A DNA stretch of 64,000 nt. Origin: Babesia bigemina (taxonomy: Eukaryota). A program made the position numbers and the translations under genes. Positions 44,115 through 54,951 of the stretch are shown here, piece after piece; positions within the stretch are counted from its first letter, which is position 1; each line of letters opens with the position of its first letter. The DNA is taken from positions 1,178,001 through 1,242,000 of the forward strand of contig NC_027218.1 of the NCBI RefSeq assembly GCF_000981445.1. Reading direction: 5' to 3'. Below the pieces are notes generated by a model. That model searched no databases. It was not told where the DNA came from and worked only from the letters and a program-made list of their open reading frames with translations.

Positions 44115-47100
44115 TTAAAGGAATCCGCGGAACAGGTCCACATATTTGAAGTCGCACACCGCATGGGTTTTCTGAGGCGGCGTCTCCCACTCTTTAGTTC
44201 GTACCTTCGATTTATTGAAAAGCGAGCGTGCCAGGCGTTGGCTGGGCGTGTCCGACTGCAGCGTCGGAACCTGTGTCACGCCTTTGTCCCTGGAGTATAT
44301 GGTTGCCGTTTCCGCGAATGACACCTTGTTGGTGGACGACGATCCGTCACTGCTGACGGTGCTGTAAGCATCCAAGTCAGTGAAGCTGGTAGAAGAGTAC
44401 TCCTGTGAATCCTGCGAGAAGAATGATCCCCCTGTACTCGCTGGCGCTGCGTCTGAGGGCGTGCTTTCCGTGATGCTTCTATGCGTGTCCATGGATTCCC
44501 TAATGTTGCCGATGGTTTTCAAACGGCCGCGACGTTCTATGCGCGGCAGGACGCTGGGAGTATCCACCACAGCTGGCTTTATGGACTCAGCCTTCGGAGC
44601 GGCTTGCGGTTCCTCGTGAACTGACCGCTGCGTCGTTGCAGATTCATCTTCGTACGTTGACTCCAAGTTCGCACTGTGCTCCGAATTGGAGATGCTGACA
44701 CTGCTCGCCAGGTTCGAAAAGGTAGAGCTCGACATGGTAATGTCAGTAGTGGTGTTGCTGCGGCTCACCAGGGCGCTGCTCACTGGGCTCTCCTCCACCG
44801 GCTGCGGGCGTGCTGACGGCTCGGAATCGAGTTGATACGTAACATCGCTCACTCTCGAACTGTTATCGCTCATGCGCGAACTGTTTGCGTTGGAGACGCT
44901 AGCTGACTCCGTGAAGCTGCTGACGATACTGTCGCTCCAGTCATCGTCATCGTCGTCGAGCAAGGTGTCGGACTCCGTAGATCTGCGCAAGGTATCCGCA
45001 CCACTTTCCGACGAGTTCCCATGACCGGAGCTGCGCGACATCACTCTAGAGGTCATTTTAGTAAGCGAATCCAAAAACCGTCTGGCAGATCCACGGCGTT
45101 GCGGCTTCTCAGCCACGTACGAACCGTCGGATGACAATGCCGCGTGGACATCTCTAGACATATCAGAACGAGTTCCGCTATCCATACGACCCGATGACAA
45201 AACCGTGATGGATTCGTTGGACGAGTCGCCGTTGATCGACACGGTGGCGCTTTGTCCGTATGATGACATAGACTGTAGCGCACTGTATATCCTATCAACT
45301 CCCCCAAACAGTGGATCACCGACGCTTGACAACGACTCGCTTGCGGTAGGAGATACGTGCGGCGAAACGAGATTGCTCGCTCCGGAGGCCAAGGCCTCAT
45401 CCTCTGTGAGGAGCATTCCCTTGTCGCTCCGCGTTTCATCGGAGAACGCCGATGTTGCATCCCGTGGTTCGTCTGGATCGGATTCGTCGAATGTTCCACT
45501 GCCAATATCAAAACCGGAGTCGAACGAAGACACGGATGATGTCTGGAGGAAGGACTCTCTGCTGATTAGGTTCGGATTTATTGAAGTACTCTTCAATGAT
45601 CCTGATTTGTACTTATTACCCTTACGTACGTCCACAGAGGGCTGACTGCCAGATGACTCCCTGTTGTAAATGTAGCTAGGCGCTTTCATGATGTCATCGG
45701 TTCCTGAATCGAGTGCGCTGATACTGCCTGCGCTGCTGAGCGTGTCATGTGTGTTCGTGTGGCTTTGCTCTTCGGACATTCCACCAACCATTTCGTCTCT
45801 TGACGAAAACTGCGGTGAAGAGCCTAGGTTGGCAAAATCAATCGCAATGGATGAGGAGGAAGAGTGGAGGCTGCTTGATTCATCACTTATCAGGTCGTTC
45901 ACTACATCAGATGACATGCTTTCACCGAGCGATGAGGAGAGATCTTTGGTCATGTATTGTGTCGGCTGCTGTGTAACTGCTGCGGCGGCCTTGGTTAGCG
46001 CACGAGTGTACAGTTTGGTCAATTGGTCATCCTGGTGGGCCAGATTGTGATCGATCTGCTCCATGAGCGACGAGAATTGTTTGCTCGGCTCCGAGTACTC
46101 ACCAGACAGCTCCAAATTGGACTCCAGGGCGGCCTTGAGACTATCGTTGAGGCTGTCCTCACGGTTCATAATATCGTTGGAATCTTCGTCCATCGTCGAT
46201 GCAGACTTCTTCTTGCGCTTCCGCTGAGCCAGCCTCTCCTGCTCCATCACGAGCCGTATCCTCACGCGCTCATGGATCTTTTGCGCCACCAGGAGTATCA
46301 CGTACACGCTGAAGAGGCTGCCGGGTATGCTGATCACCCAGCTGGCCATCGCGAAGGTGATGAACCTTTCGCGGGAGTCCAATAGCGGAACTTTGGTTTT
46401 GATATTTTCTGCGATGAAATCGGCATCCACTACATTGAAATGCAGCGGAACCACCACCACCTGGTGGCTCTGCGGTATGTTCTTGTTCAGCATCAGCTTC
46501 CACTCATGGAGCTCACACTTGGCCAGCTGCGTGTCCACGTCTGGACAGGTGTTGATCTGGTGCAGCAATTTCAATCCGGTGAGCAGGAATCTGTGCAGAG
46601 CCTCATCCTTGTTCCACCTGGTCTGCAGGTTCTGTGCATACCGGTGGATGGTGAGGTTGCGCTCCAAGCTTTGCTCGAGGTCGTGCGCAACGCGCTGTAT
46701 CTCGTATTCGTTCAACCTCTCGTACGATATATGGGGAACATGGACAGGCTGATGGAAGGGGTTGTTTGGCACGAAGGGGTACCACAGCTCCGGGTTGTCG
46801 ACATCGAATAATAGCAGCTGCGGATCACTGAAGCCTTGGACGTTCAACCATACGTTACGTTCGTTAAACATGTAGATCAGCTTTGTGTACGGAAATTTAC
46901 TGTTGAGCTTTAGGCGAAGTCGCCTGTCGCTTACGGGATCGTTTTCATCCTCCTCGGAGACCAGCCGGTTCTTCAGGATGTGTATATCCCCCGTTGTGCT
47001 CTCCCACATTTTAACTGTCCTGTTCAAATCCGGATGGATGCTTGCCACCCAGGAGTGCTGGCGTCCGTCTTGCGTGAAGCCGACGCATATGAAAGCCTCC

Positions 47101-49619
47101 ACAGGCGGGGTCAGCCCTCGGAGATAGCTGCACTGCAACACGCAGTGGTCGAACGCATTCCCCGCCTTGAGCTTCATCAGGAAGTCGGCTGTGAACTTTG
47201 TGTCATACGTCCTTTTCACAAACGGCAGGCACCGTATCATGTGAAACACTGCATTGGGCGTGTCTATGCCCATGGGCGGGTGCATCGGGGTGATGAGGCA
47301 CGGCAGGTAGACACGCGGATGCGTTTGCGTGGCGCATTCCACACTGATGGAGCCAATGTTTTTGAATATCGGCTTGAACTTCATATCCACGACACTCTGC
47401 CAGTAATCAAGCAGGCGGGGGTAAACGGTCGTCATCTGGAACGACGGCAGGACAATCTGGTCCGTTCGCAGCCGCTTGATGTCGAACTGGTCCGGCATCG
47501 ACTCGTCGGGCATGTCTGGGTACAACCAGGCGGACACCGTGAGATTGGACTGGCGTTCATCGTTGTTGAGGAACGACAGCTTCAGCGGGCCGTTGAAAAC
47601 GCGAGTGTCGAACACACGTGACTCGTACAGGTTACCGTATTGCCCGTTTTCGGCGTATGTCTTCTTTACGCGTTGCTTCAAAGATCCCTTGGGCGTGTAA
47701 AATATCTCGTACGGGTACAGCATCGTACCTCCCAGGTACGTTACCTTGTTGTCGCGGTTCGAGCAGCCCCAAATCGTGAACCTAACTGGACTGCTCTGCA
47801 AGATCACGGAGCAGTTGATCCTTTCGTCGTCGTTGCTCAAGAACGGGATCAGGATATCTTCGTTCCAAACCGGCGCGCGGCTGTTCTTGCACCTGAAAGT
47901 GCGATAGGTCCACCTGTTGTACGTGACCTCGACGTAGGAGTCGATGCATGCATTATCGTCATCCAAGATAAGCTGGTCCACGCTGCCAATGGTCACTATA
48001 AGCATGATAGGATAGCTGTATAGGGTGAGCCCCGACGGGTTCGTAAGCTGGCGATATCGGGGTTTGTGCTGGATTTTTATTTTGCCACTGAGCGTCCCGA
48101 AATTCATCCGCTCCAACACAGAGCCCCATCCCTCCATGTTGGCCTTCAACGTTAGCCATTTGGGCTTTGACAGCTGGCTCCGGAGGTAAGGGTAGTCCAC
48201 GATGCCCGCTAATGGCAACACCACGTGGCCAATCTTTCTCACGGCCTTCGGAGCGTTGACGTCGATGATGTCTATTTCGAGCTCCGCACGCTCCAGGTCC
48301 AGCAAAGTGCCCCTGAATATTATTTCACCCATATTCTCCCAATACACATCTCGCGTGTTCTTCGATACGATAGACGACAGCTGCAAGTACGTGGCATGCC
48401 TGAACGCTGAGTCGGTTTTAATATGTAACCTGAGCTTCACCGATGTTTCACGATTTTTCGTCTGCGGCACCGTGTTGCTGTGGAAGGCAATGTCTTTTTG
48501 ATCCCGTAGCAGCGTCATGTACGGATCCAGAGTCTCCACTTCCACAGGCACCTCTGCGGTCGGGATGTTGCCGGTGGTCTCCCGTCGAATGTGTGCCGAT
48601 TTCTTGAAATCCCGCTCGATCCTTTTACGCATGAAGTAGTAGATCATTTTGTCGAATATGGAAAACGAGATGTTTGAATTTCCTTTGGCGCGTTGCTTGT
48701 CCTTGCCATCGGCGTCCTTAGCCGCTGCCTTCACATTTTCTATCGCCTCCTTACTCTTGTAAAGCAGGTCGAGGAATGACGGGCAGTCCGCCAGCCGCCA
48801 GCTTATGAACGAAAGCTCGAAGTCGTAGAGCTCCTGGAAATACAGGTCGAACGAGATGCGGCACCGCAGGCGGCGCTGCTTATTGAGGCCCTTGTACATG
48901 GGGATCTCCACATGAGTGTCGCCTTTGGCAAACTGGAGCAACTGGCCCTCATATATCGACTCCAGCCCGTTCAGGTTCGTCGTGCGGTACTGCCAAAGTT
49001 TGATTTTCAGCTTCTCATACTCGAGGTCCAGGTAGCTGCCGCGGTATTCAAACTCGTGGGCACAGTTGAACGATCGTGGCACGTCCTTGGTCACGTTCCG
49101 CACGACCGTAGTCCTGATGTAGTTCTTCGTCTCCCCGCGGTTCAGAATGCAGACGCTGCTGCCCATTTGCACTCGGCACTCGGAGCGTGACCCGCCAAAG
49201 TCGAACTCAGCGAAGCATGTAAGCGAATCGGAGATGCAGTTGACAATTTTGAGGTTGTGCAGCTTCACGAGCCATCTGCGTGGATATGACCAGTGCCTTT
49301 TCTCTTTCGCGGTCTCTCCGCGGCCCTCGTGGGCCACCGACAGCGAATCGATGAACTCCTCGTATGTGTATTGCGTAGACCAGAGGAGCTCGTGCCCAGC
49401 CAAGTCCTCGTCAACGTCTGGAGGGAATTCCTTGCCCTGCATGCCCTCGCCTGTAGCAGTTGTTGAGTCCGCAGTTGGCGCATTAGCCGCCTGGGACGGC
49501 GACTTATCGCCGTCGCCGCCATTGTCCGCCTCCGTAGCATGACCTTCCGAGCCTCCTTGTTTGTTCACACCTTTGGAGAACACATCTAGATTGATGCCCG
49601 GGATCTTTATTAACTGCAT
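44115..49619 (-). CDS. Multi-C2-domain protein with a CEP76-like transglutaminase-fold region and a long Ser-rich tail (1834 aa)
   Basis: C2-type motifs (DSYVEV...PVWNEDI), KAGNAFDHCVLQCSYL...AFICVG...HSWVA...MWESTTG and YMFNERNVWLNVQ. Confidence 0.7.
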   Translation of the reverse strand: MQLIKIPGINLDVFSKGVNKQGGSEGHATEADNGGDGDKSPSQAANAPTADSTTATGEGMQGKEFPPDVDEDLAGHELLWSTQYTYEEFIDSLSVAHEGRGETAKEKRHWSYPRRWLVKLHNLKIVNCISDSLTCFAEFDFGGSRSECRVQMGSSVCILNRGETKNYIRTTVVRNVTKDVPRSFNCAHEFEYRGSYLDLEYEKLKIKLWQYRTTNLNGLESIYEGQLLQFAKGDTHVEIPMYKGLNKQRRLRCRISFDLYFQELYDFELSFISWRLADCPSFLDLLYKSKEAIENVKAAAKDADGKDKQRAKGNSNISFSIFDKMIYYFMRKRIERDFKKSAHIRRETTGNIPTAEVPVEVETLDPYMTLLRDQKDIAFHSNTVPQTKNRETSVKLRLHIKTDSAFRHATYLQLSSIVSKNTRDVYWENMGEIIFRGTLLDLERAELEIDIIDVNAPKAVRKIGHVVLPLAGIVDYPYLRSQLSKPKWLTLKANMEGWGSVLERMNFGTLSGKIKIQHKPRYRQLTNPSGLTLYSYPIMLIVTIGSVDQLILDDDNACIDSYVEVTYNRWTYRTFRCKNSRAPVWNEDILIPFLSNDDERINCSVILQSSPVRFTIWGCSNRDNKVTYLGGTMLYPYEIFYTPKGSLKQRVKKTYAENGQYGNLYESRVFDTRVFNGPLKLSFLNNDERQSNLTVSAWLYPDMPDESMPDQFDIKRLRTDQIVLPSFQMTTVYPRLLDYWQSVVDMKFKPIFKNIGSISVECATQTHPRVYLPCLITPMHPPMGIDTPNAVFHMIRCLPFVKRTYDTKFTADFLMKLKAGNAFDHCVLQCSYLRGLTPPVEAFICVGFTQDGRQHSWVASIHPDLNRTVKMWESTTGDIHILKNRLVSEEDENDPVSDRRLRLKLNSKFPYTKLIYMFNERNVWLNVQGFSDPQLLLFDVDNPELWYPFVPNNPFHQPVHVPHISYERLNEYEIQRVAHDLEQSLERNLTIHRYAQNLQTRWNKDEALHRFLLTGLKLLHQINTCPDVDTQLAKCELHEWKLMLNKNIPQSHQVVVVPLHFNVVDADFIAENIKTKVPLLDSRERFITFAMASWVISIPGSLFSVYVILLVAQKIHERVRIRLVMEQERLAQRKRKKKSASTMDEDSNDIMNREDSLNDSLKAALESNLELSGEYSEPSKQFSSLMEQIDHNLAHQDDQLTKLYTRALTKAAAAVTQQPTQYMTKDLSSSLGESMSSDVVNDLISDESSSLHSSSSSIAIDFANLGSSPQFSSRDEMVGGMSEEQSHTNTHDTLSSAGSISALDSGTDDIMKAPSYIYNRESSGSQPSVDVRKGNKYKSGSLKSTSINPNLISRESFLQTSSVSSFDSGFDIGSGTFDESDPDEPRDATSAFSDETRSDKGMLLTEDEALASGASNLVSPHVSPTASESLSSVGDPLFGGVDRIYSALQSMSSYGQSATVSINGDSSNESITVLSSGRMDSGTRSDMSRDVHAALSSDGSYVAEKPQRRGSARRFLDSLTKMTSRVMSRSSGHGNSSESGADTLRRSTESDTLLDDDDDDWSDSIVSSFTESASVSNANSSRMSDNSSRVSDVTYQLDSEPSARPQPVEESPVSSALVSRSNTTTDITMSSSTFSNLASSVSISNSEHSANLESTYEDESATTQRSVHEEPQAAPKAESIKPAVVDTPSVLPRIERRGRLKTIGNIRESMDTHRSITESTPSDAAPASTGGSFFSQDSQEYSSTSFTDLDAYSTVSSDGSSSTNKVSFAETATIYSRDKGVTQVPTLQSDTPSQRLARSLFNKSKVRTKEWETPPQKTHAVCDFKYVDLFRGFL

Positions 49620-49839
49620 TTCAGGGACGGTGGTCCTAATTTCGGCCGCGCCGACGGCCGAGGGAATCCGCGCTAGCTGTTACACAGGGTGCCTCCGTGA
49701 AGACACATCTAAATCAAAACATTAAAAGCAAAATTATTGCCGAACTAGGTTCAGCGTACGGACATTGTGACTGCGTTACACCCTTACACATGCCATCATC
49801 GGCGCTCGGAGGCACCTGCACCCCTTACACATTCGGCCC

Positions 49840-52153
49840 TTACAGCCCTTTAATGACTTGTTCCGCCAGTAGCGTGAGCGACGCGGGCGTCACGCCCTGT
49901 AAATTGGCGGCTTCCGCTATTGTCGCCGGCCTATGGCGGTTGAGCACCTCCACCTCCTCCGTAGACAAGAAGGCGAAGCGCTCGCTGTAGCGCGTTACAA
50001 AGTGTCAAAATGAACTCACCGCGTATACTCAATGTCTGGGCGCAGCGGAACCGATCTGCCTCTCAATGTGCGTTCCATTTGCTTGGCCTGCCGGTCAACG
50101 AACGGGGCGTACTTGCACTGCGCTTCCACTACGCTCTGCAGGTACTTGTTGCTGGTTGTGCGCTCCGCGGACCGCCGGGCAGCTTGCTCCGATATACCGT
50201 CCTCCAGGCCCTCGAACGCGGCGTCAATGCCGGAACGCTCCGCCTCCGACATTGGAGGCAACTCCGTTTTAGACACGCGACCGTCAGGGTAGTGTTCGTT
50301 CACTCGCGCCTCAATCGACGGAAGTGTGACTCCCGATACTTTCAGCATCTCCCAGCCGTTCTTGCAGTCTGCACCGTCCATGTTTACATCCCATTTGTTC
50401 AATGGTAACGTCACACTCCTGCACACATTATGACATGGACTATGCACAAGCTTACCTCAGGCGATTGATCACAGCCTGTGCCCTGATGTACTTCTCGCGT
50501 ATGGTGTCCACGCGTTCGGCATTGCGTATGAGACCGCACTGCCGACCCTTCTTGAGCATGCGGATGTCACCGTTGTCAATGCGGAGAAATAGCCGGTCCT
50601 CCGCGCGTGATGTGAACATGCGGTAAGGCTCACTCGTTCCTTTTCGCACGAGGTCGTCTATCAGCACCCCGATGTAACCTTCGCTGCGATCTAAAACGAA
50701 CTCACGACCGGACGCCAGCGCAAACAGCGCCGCGTTGCATCCGGCCACCAACCCTAGCCCTGCCGCTTCCTCATACCCCGTTGTACCGCATATCTGGCCA
50801 GCGAAATAGAGCCCCTCTATTTGCTTAAACTGTAGCGTGTGACGCAGCAAACGCGCGTCGATGTAGTCGTATTCCACGTCATAACCGGGGGTCACTATCT
50901 CCACCTCCTCCAACCCGGGTATCGTCCGCAGCAGCTCCAGCTGCACTTCTGGCGGAAACGCTCCCGACAAACCATTGGGGTACACAAGATCACTGTCCGT
51001 TCCTTCAGGTTCCAGCCACACTACATGCCCCGCTACATTGGGGAAACGCGTAATTTTTGCCGGGAGGGACGGGCAGTACCTGGGCCCGAGACCCTTGCCG
51101 AACCCGCTCTCGTAATCCGGGAGAACACCAAGATGCTCCCTTACAATTCTGAACTCGATCACAACAACCTACATGTAACACGAACCTGTGTGTGTTTGCG
51201 TTTGTGCGCGTTTTGTAACACTGAATCACCCCGTCCCGAAGCGGCGGCCCAGACTCGGCGTTGAGGTACGAGAAAGGGGTGGGGTCGAGGTCCGAATTTT
51301 GAACCTCCAGCACATCATAGTTTATGGAACTGCGTTTAACTCTCGGAGGCGTGCCTGCACAATGTCAATACGGTGCAGCTATCACGTACCTGTTTTAAAT
51401 CGGTTGGTAGATATGCCGAGCCTGGCGAGGGTCGCACATAGCCCGTCGGCCGGCGCTTCAAATTCCCCTTTCAGACGGTCAAGTCGCCCCCCTGGCACCC
51501 TAAACTGCTATGAATGGGCTTTATGTGCCACTTACTGTGTCTTTGAACGGTGGCATCGGCCTCGGAGGAAGGTGCCCGTGGTGATCACCACGGCCTTGCA
51601 TTGAACGGTACGACCGTCCGCAAACACCACGCCGCGCACCGCTCCGTCCTCCACCAGAACGTCTTCTACCATCGACTCCTCCACATGCAAACCGTCCTGT
51701 TTTCCGATAATGTCACGCACGGCAGCCGCGTAGTGGTCTCTATCCTCCTGCGCACGCGGGCCCCTGACGGCCGGACCCCGACTGGAGTTGAGCAGGTGGT
51801 ACATCACCGCTCCTTCGTCGGCAGCGACGCCCATCACCCCGTCCAGCGCATCTATTTCGCACACGATGTTGCCCTTGCCAATCCCACCTATCGAAGGGTT
51901 ACACGACATCTCGCCTGTGCAGCATTAACGTCGATACGGTCTCAAACCCACCGATTGACGCCGTCCGCGGCGTTACTAGCACTGTCTTCGCGCCGACACG
52001 AGCAGCTGCAGCAGCCGACTCGCATCCGGCGTGCCCGCCGCCGACCACGACCACATCCGGAACGGAGAAGGCTGGAGGCCGCGGCCGGAGCTGTCTAATG
52101 GCGCCGCAGCGCGGGCCAATCAGGGCCGCTAAGGCCCAAGACAAAAGAAGCAT
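49840..52153 (-). CDS. mnmG: tRNA U34 modification enzyme MnmG/GidA, multi-exon, with N-terminal signal-like leader
   Basis: [57 protein letters not shown] and [11 protein letters not shown]. Confidence 0.93.
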
Positions 52154-52531
52154 CACTAGGTCATTTTCCCGTGCTAATAGAATTGTAATGTGTGGCACCT
52201 GGCCCATCGCAAGACGCGCCAAAGCGCGCTGCGGCCCGCAGTCGACCTGCCGACCAAAAGGGCGCACATCAGCGTCAGCTCGACGCCATTACCTGCATAC
52301 GGCTTCCGTTATACCACAGAACGCCAATCGACAGTGAATGCAGCGCAATTCGCGAGCAACGGCGCAACACCGCCTCGCCAGCAGGCTGCATGGCCGCGCG
52401 CAAAACACAACTCCTCTAAGCATGAATATGGATCTGAAACAGGTCGCGTACGCACATATTAAACGTAATAAAATGCTCATTCAAATCTCAGGGTGTCAAT
52501 CAAGCCGCTTAGGACAATGAGCGCCCCCTAA

Positions 52532-52876
52532 TTAAACTCCATGAATCCTGATCTGATCAGGCGATACGAGATTTTCGCGTTCCAAGAAGCGGACGACGTC
52601 GTGGCGCTTGTCGCCTTGAAGCTGGATGATAGAACCGTACTCGGCGTGTGAAATAACCGTGCCGTTGCAACTGAACTCCTTTTTGAGGGCACGGACCATC
52701 TTCTTGAGGTCCAGCGTTTCTTCGAGACCTTGAACGGTTGTGACACTCTTACGCCCGTTTCTCTGCTGGTTGCGAATGTGCACTAGCCTACTGGCGGCAT
52801 TGCTCCCTCCGTTCTCCGCAGATGCGCTCTGTTTGAAGGGGTCCTTAATACCCGCGGTATCGAAGTCGAGGAACAT
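52532..52876 (-). CDS. SUI1: Translation initiation factor eIF1/SUI1
   Basis: VHIRNQQRNGRKSVTTVQG, LKKEFSCNGTV and IQLQGD. ATG at 52876 is the likely start. Confidence 0.93.
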   Translation of the reverse strand: MFLDFDTAGIKDPFKQSASAENGGSNAASRLVHIRNQQRNGRKSVTTVQGLEETLDLKKMVRALKKEFSCNGTVISHAEYGSIIQLQGDKRHDVVRFLERENLVSPDQIRIHGV

Positions 52877-53708
52877 CAATCCAAATATAGTTGAACTGCA
52901 AAACACCGATTAGAGAGCCGATTTTCCCCCGGCTAAATCAGAAATGTGTTATACACTACGGAACAATAGGAGACGAAGTGTACGTAGCGGCACGGCCGGC
53001 GCGTCGCGGAGATATGCCCCCACAACCGTATGCACCAACGCATCAGACGGCGGAGCGGTGACCGGGCGTGCTAGCTGCCGCAGGGCCGGCAACGAGCTCT
53101 GTTTTTAGTAAGGTAGAGGCGCAGTCCAGGTGTGCATGCCCTGCAGCTTTTGCCGCGCTATTATAGCCCCTCTACACTCGTGGGCTGATATCGCCTAAAA
53201 TTACGGCTATTATCCGATTACCCACCGCTGCCGTGCTTTGTCTGGACGTGAATGCATGGTTTTCGGTGAAACTGGGACCCTGCCCACTCGGTTTGGCACA
53301 TGTTTCAGCTCATGTGTGGACACACCTGCTTTCGGGTAGTGTAACGTGTTCGTGAGCCGGAGCCGCCGCAAATCGACTCTGCATCAGATAAAACATCGTA
53401 CACACAGCACACATCGATGAACGGTCGTAGCCACCGGCTTATGGTTCGATGGCGCCAGACGCGGCACATTGTACTTGATAGTTTTCCGTGATCACGTTTT
53501 TGTCTACAGAAACCATCGCCCCATACTCTCCAGCTTGATCATTTTTAAATACCAAATTTGTTACTTGCAGCAGTTGCCCGCCTACGCTGAGGTGCCTGTT
53601 GCGACAGCACTCCGACGCGAGACGTCATAATACCAATCCACATATAACTTGTCGCTCGTTAGCGCGCAATTCAGACTCCGTAGTAATATTTGATTCGACG
53701 ACGGCGCC

Positions 53709-54941
53709 ATGGTTTTCGGGCTGCTGCGCCGGGCGAAAAAGGGCGCCATTGGCGAGCCTTCCGCCGACAACAAGGTAGGCGCTGATGTTGTCTAACACAC
53801 TGCTCCCAGCAAGCTGTGCAACAGGCCCTTAAGATGGGCAACGAAGCCATACGCGACATGAACAAGCGTATGACCCACTTAGACGAGAGGATCAAGGTAC
53901 GTTGACGTTGGTTCCTGCTGGTGTCCAGCCTTCCGTTCGTGGCGCCAACGGGCTTCAATGGTTGATCTGTGATTGCGTAAAGTTAGTTTCGAATGTTTGG
54001 TTTCGATGTTTAGCCAACCATGTGAAGTGTTGTTGCGCATTAAATAATAGGGAATATCGTGGCACATGCGCCGGCAGTCGATGTGGCCTGGCCTATCGGT
54101 TGATAGCGTGGTTGTAAGCTGCGAACACGTAACGGCAAGGGTATTGCCTTAGTTCCGGTGGCAACGACGCATGGCCGAAGTTGGCTGAAGGCCACATCGA
54201 TCAGCCGGTTGCACTGATCAATGTCAGCCAAAGCCCGCAACAACCCGCCGTGACCGTGCCGCCGGCGGACGCCGCTAACCGGGCGAGCGCACGGTCGGAT
54301 CCCAGCTGCTAATGACGCATTAATTTACATTATACCATGAGTTTTTTTAATATACAGCATTGAACAAGAAACCATTTTTGTAGGAATGCGTCGAGGAAGC
54401 AAAGCGTAAACACGCCAACAATGATAAGCAGGGCGCTTTGGGCGCCCTGCGCCGCAAGAAGCTCTATGAGGAGGAGGTTGCCAGGATCTCCGCCTCGATA
54501 ATGACCCTCGAGTCACAGAATATAACGCTTGAGGGCGCACAAATGCAGCAACTGGCTCTAAGCGCTCTTTCCACCGGAGTGACGGCGCACAAAAAGCTGC
54601 AGCAGCACATGGCCACCAGGGAGGTGGACGAGCTGATGGAACAGCTGGAGGAACAGAGGGACGCACAAGCGGAGATCCACGACGCGATGACCCAGGGCCT
54701 GTCGCTTCCGACAGAGGTGAGTTGCGCGACATGGCACTTGACGACGGCGCAGTTCGAGGACGAGCTGGAGGCGCTCATCCAGGAAGAAAAGATGAAAGAG
54801 GCGGCCGAGTCACAGCAGCTCGAAGAAATCGCAACCGAGCCCGCCGAGAGGCCCACGGTACAACCAGCGCAGCCCGTCGCCACCGCCCCCCTTCCTCAGG
54901 CCACGGAGCGCGCCAAAACGGAGGAACCCATCGCACAGTGA
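53709..54941 (+). CDS. SNF7: ESCRT-III SNF7/Vps32-family protein, multi-exon
   Basis: MVFGLLRR N-terminus, ALRRKKLYEEE, TLESQ, VDELMEQLEEQ and FEDELEAL. Confidence 0.8.
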
Positions 54942-54951
54942 AGCGGCTCGA

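Noticed and set aside
16166..52153. CTU2 and MnmG as a tRNA U34-modification cluster
   Set aside because: They are more than 30 kb apart, act in different compartments, and are separated by unrelated genes.
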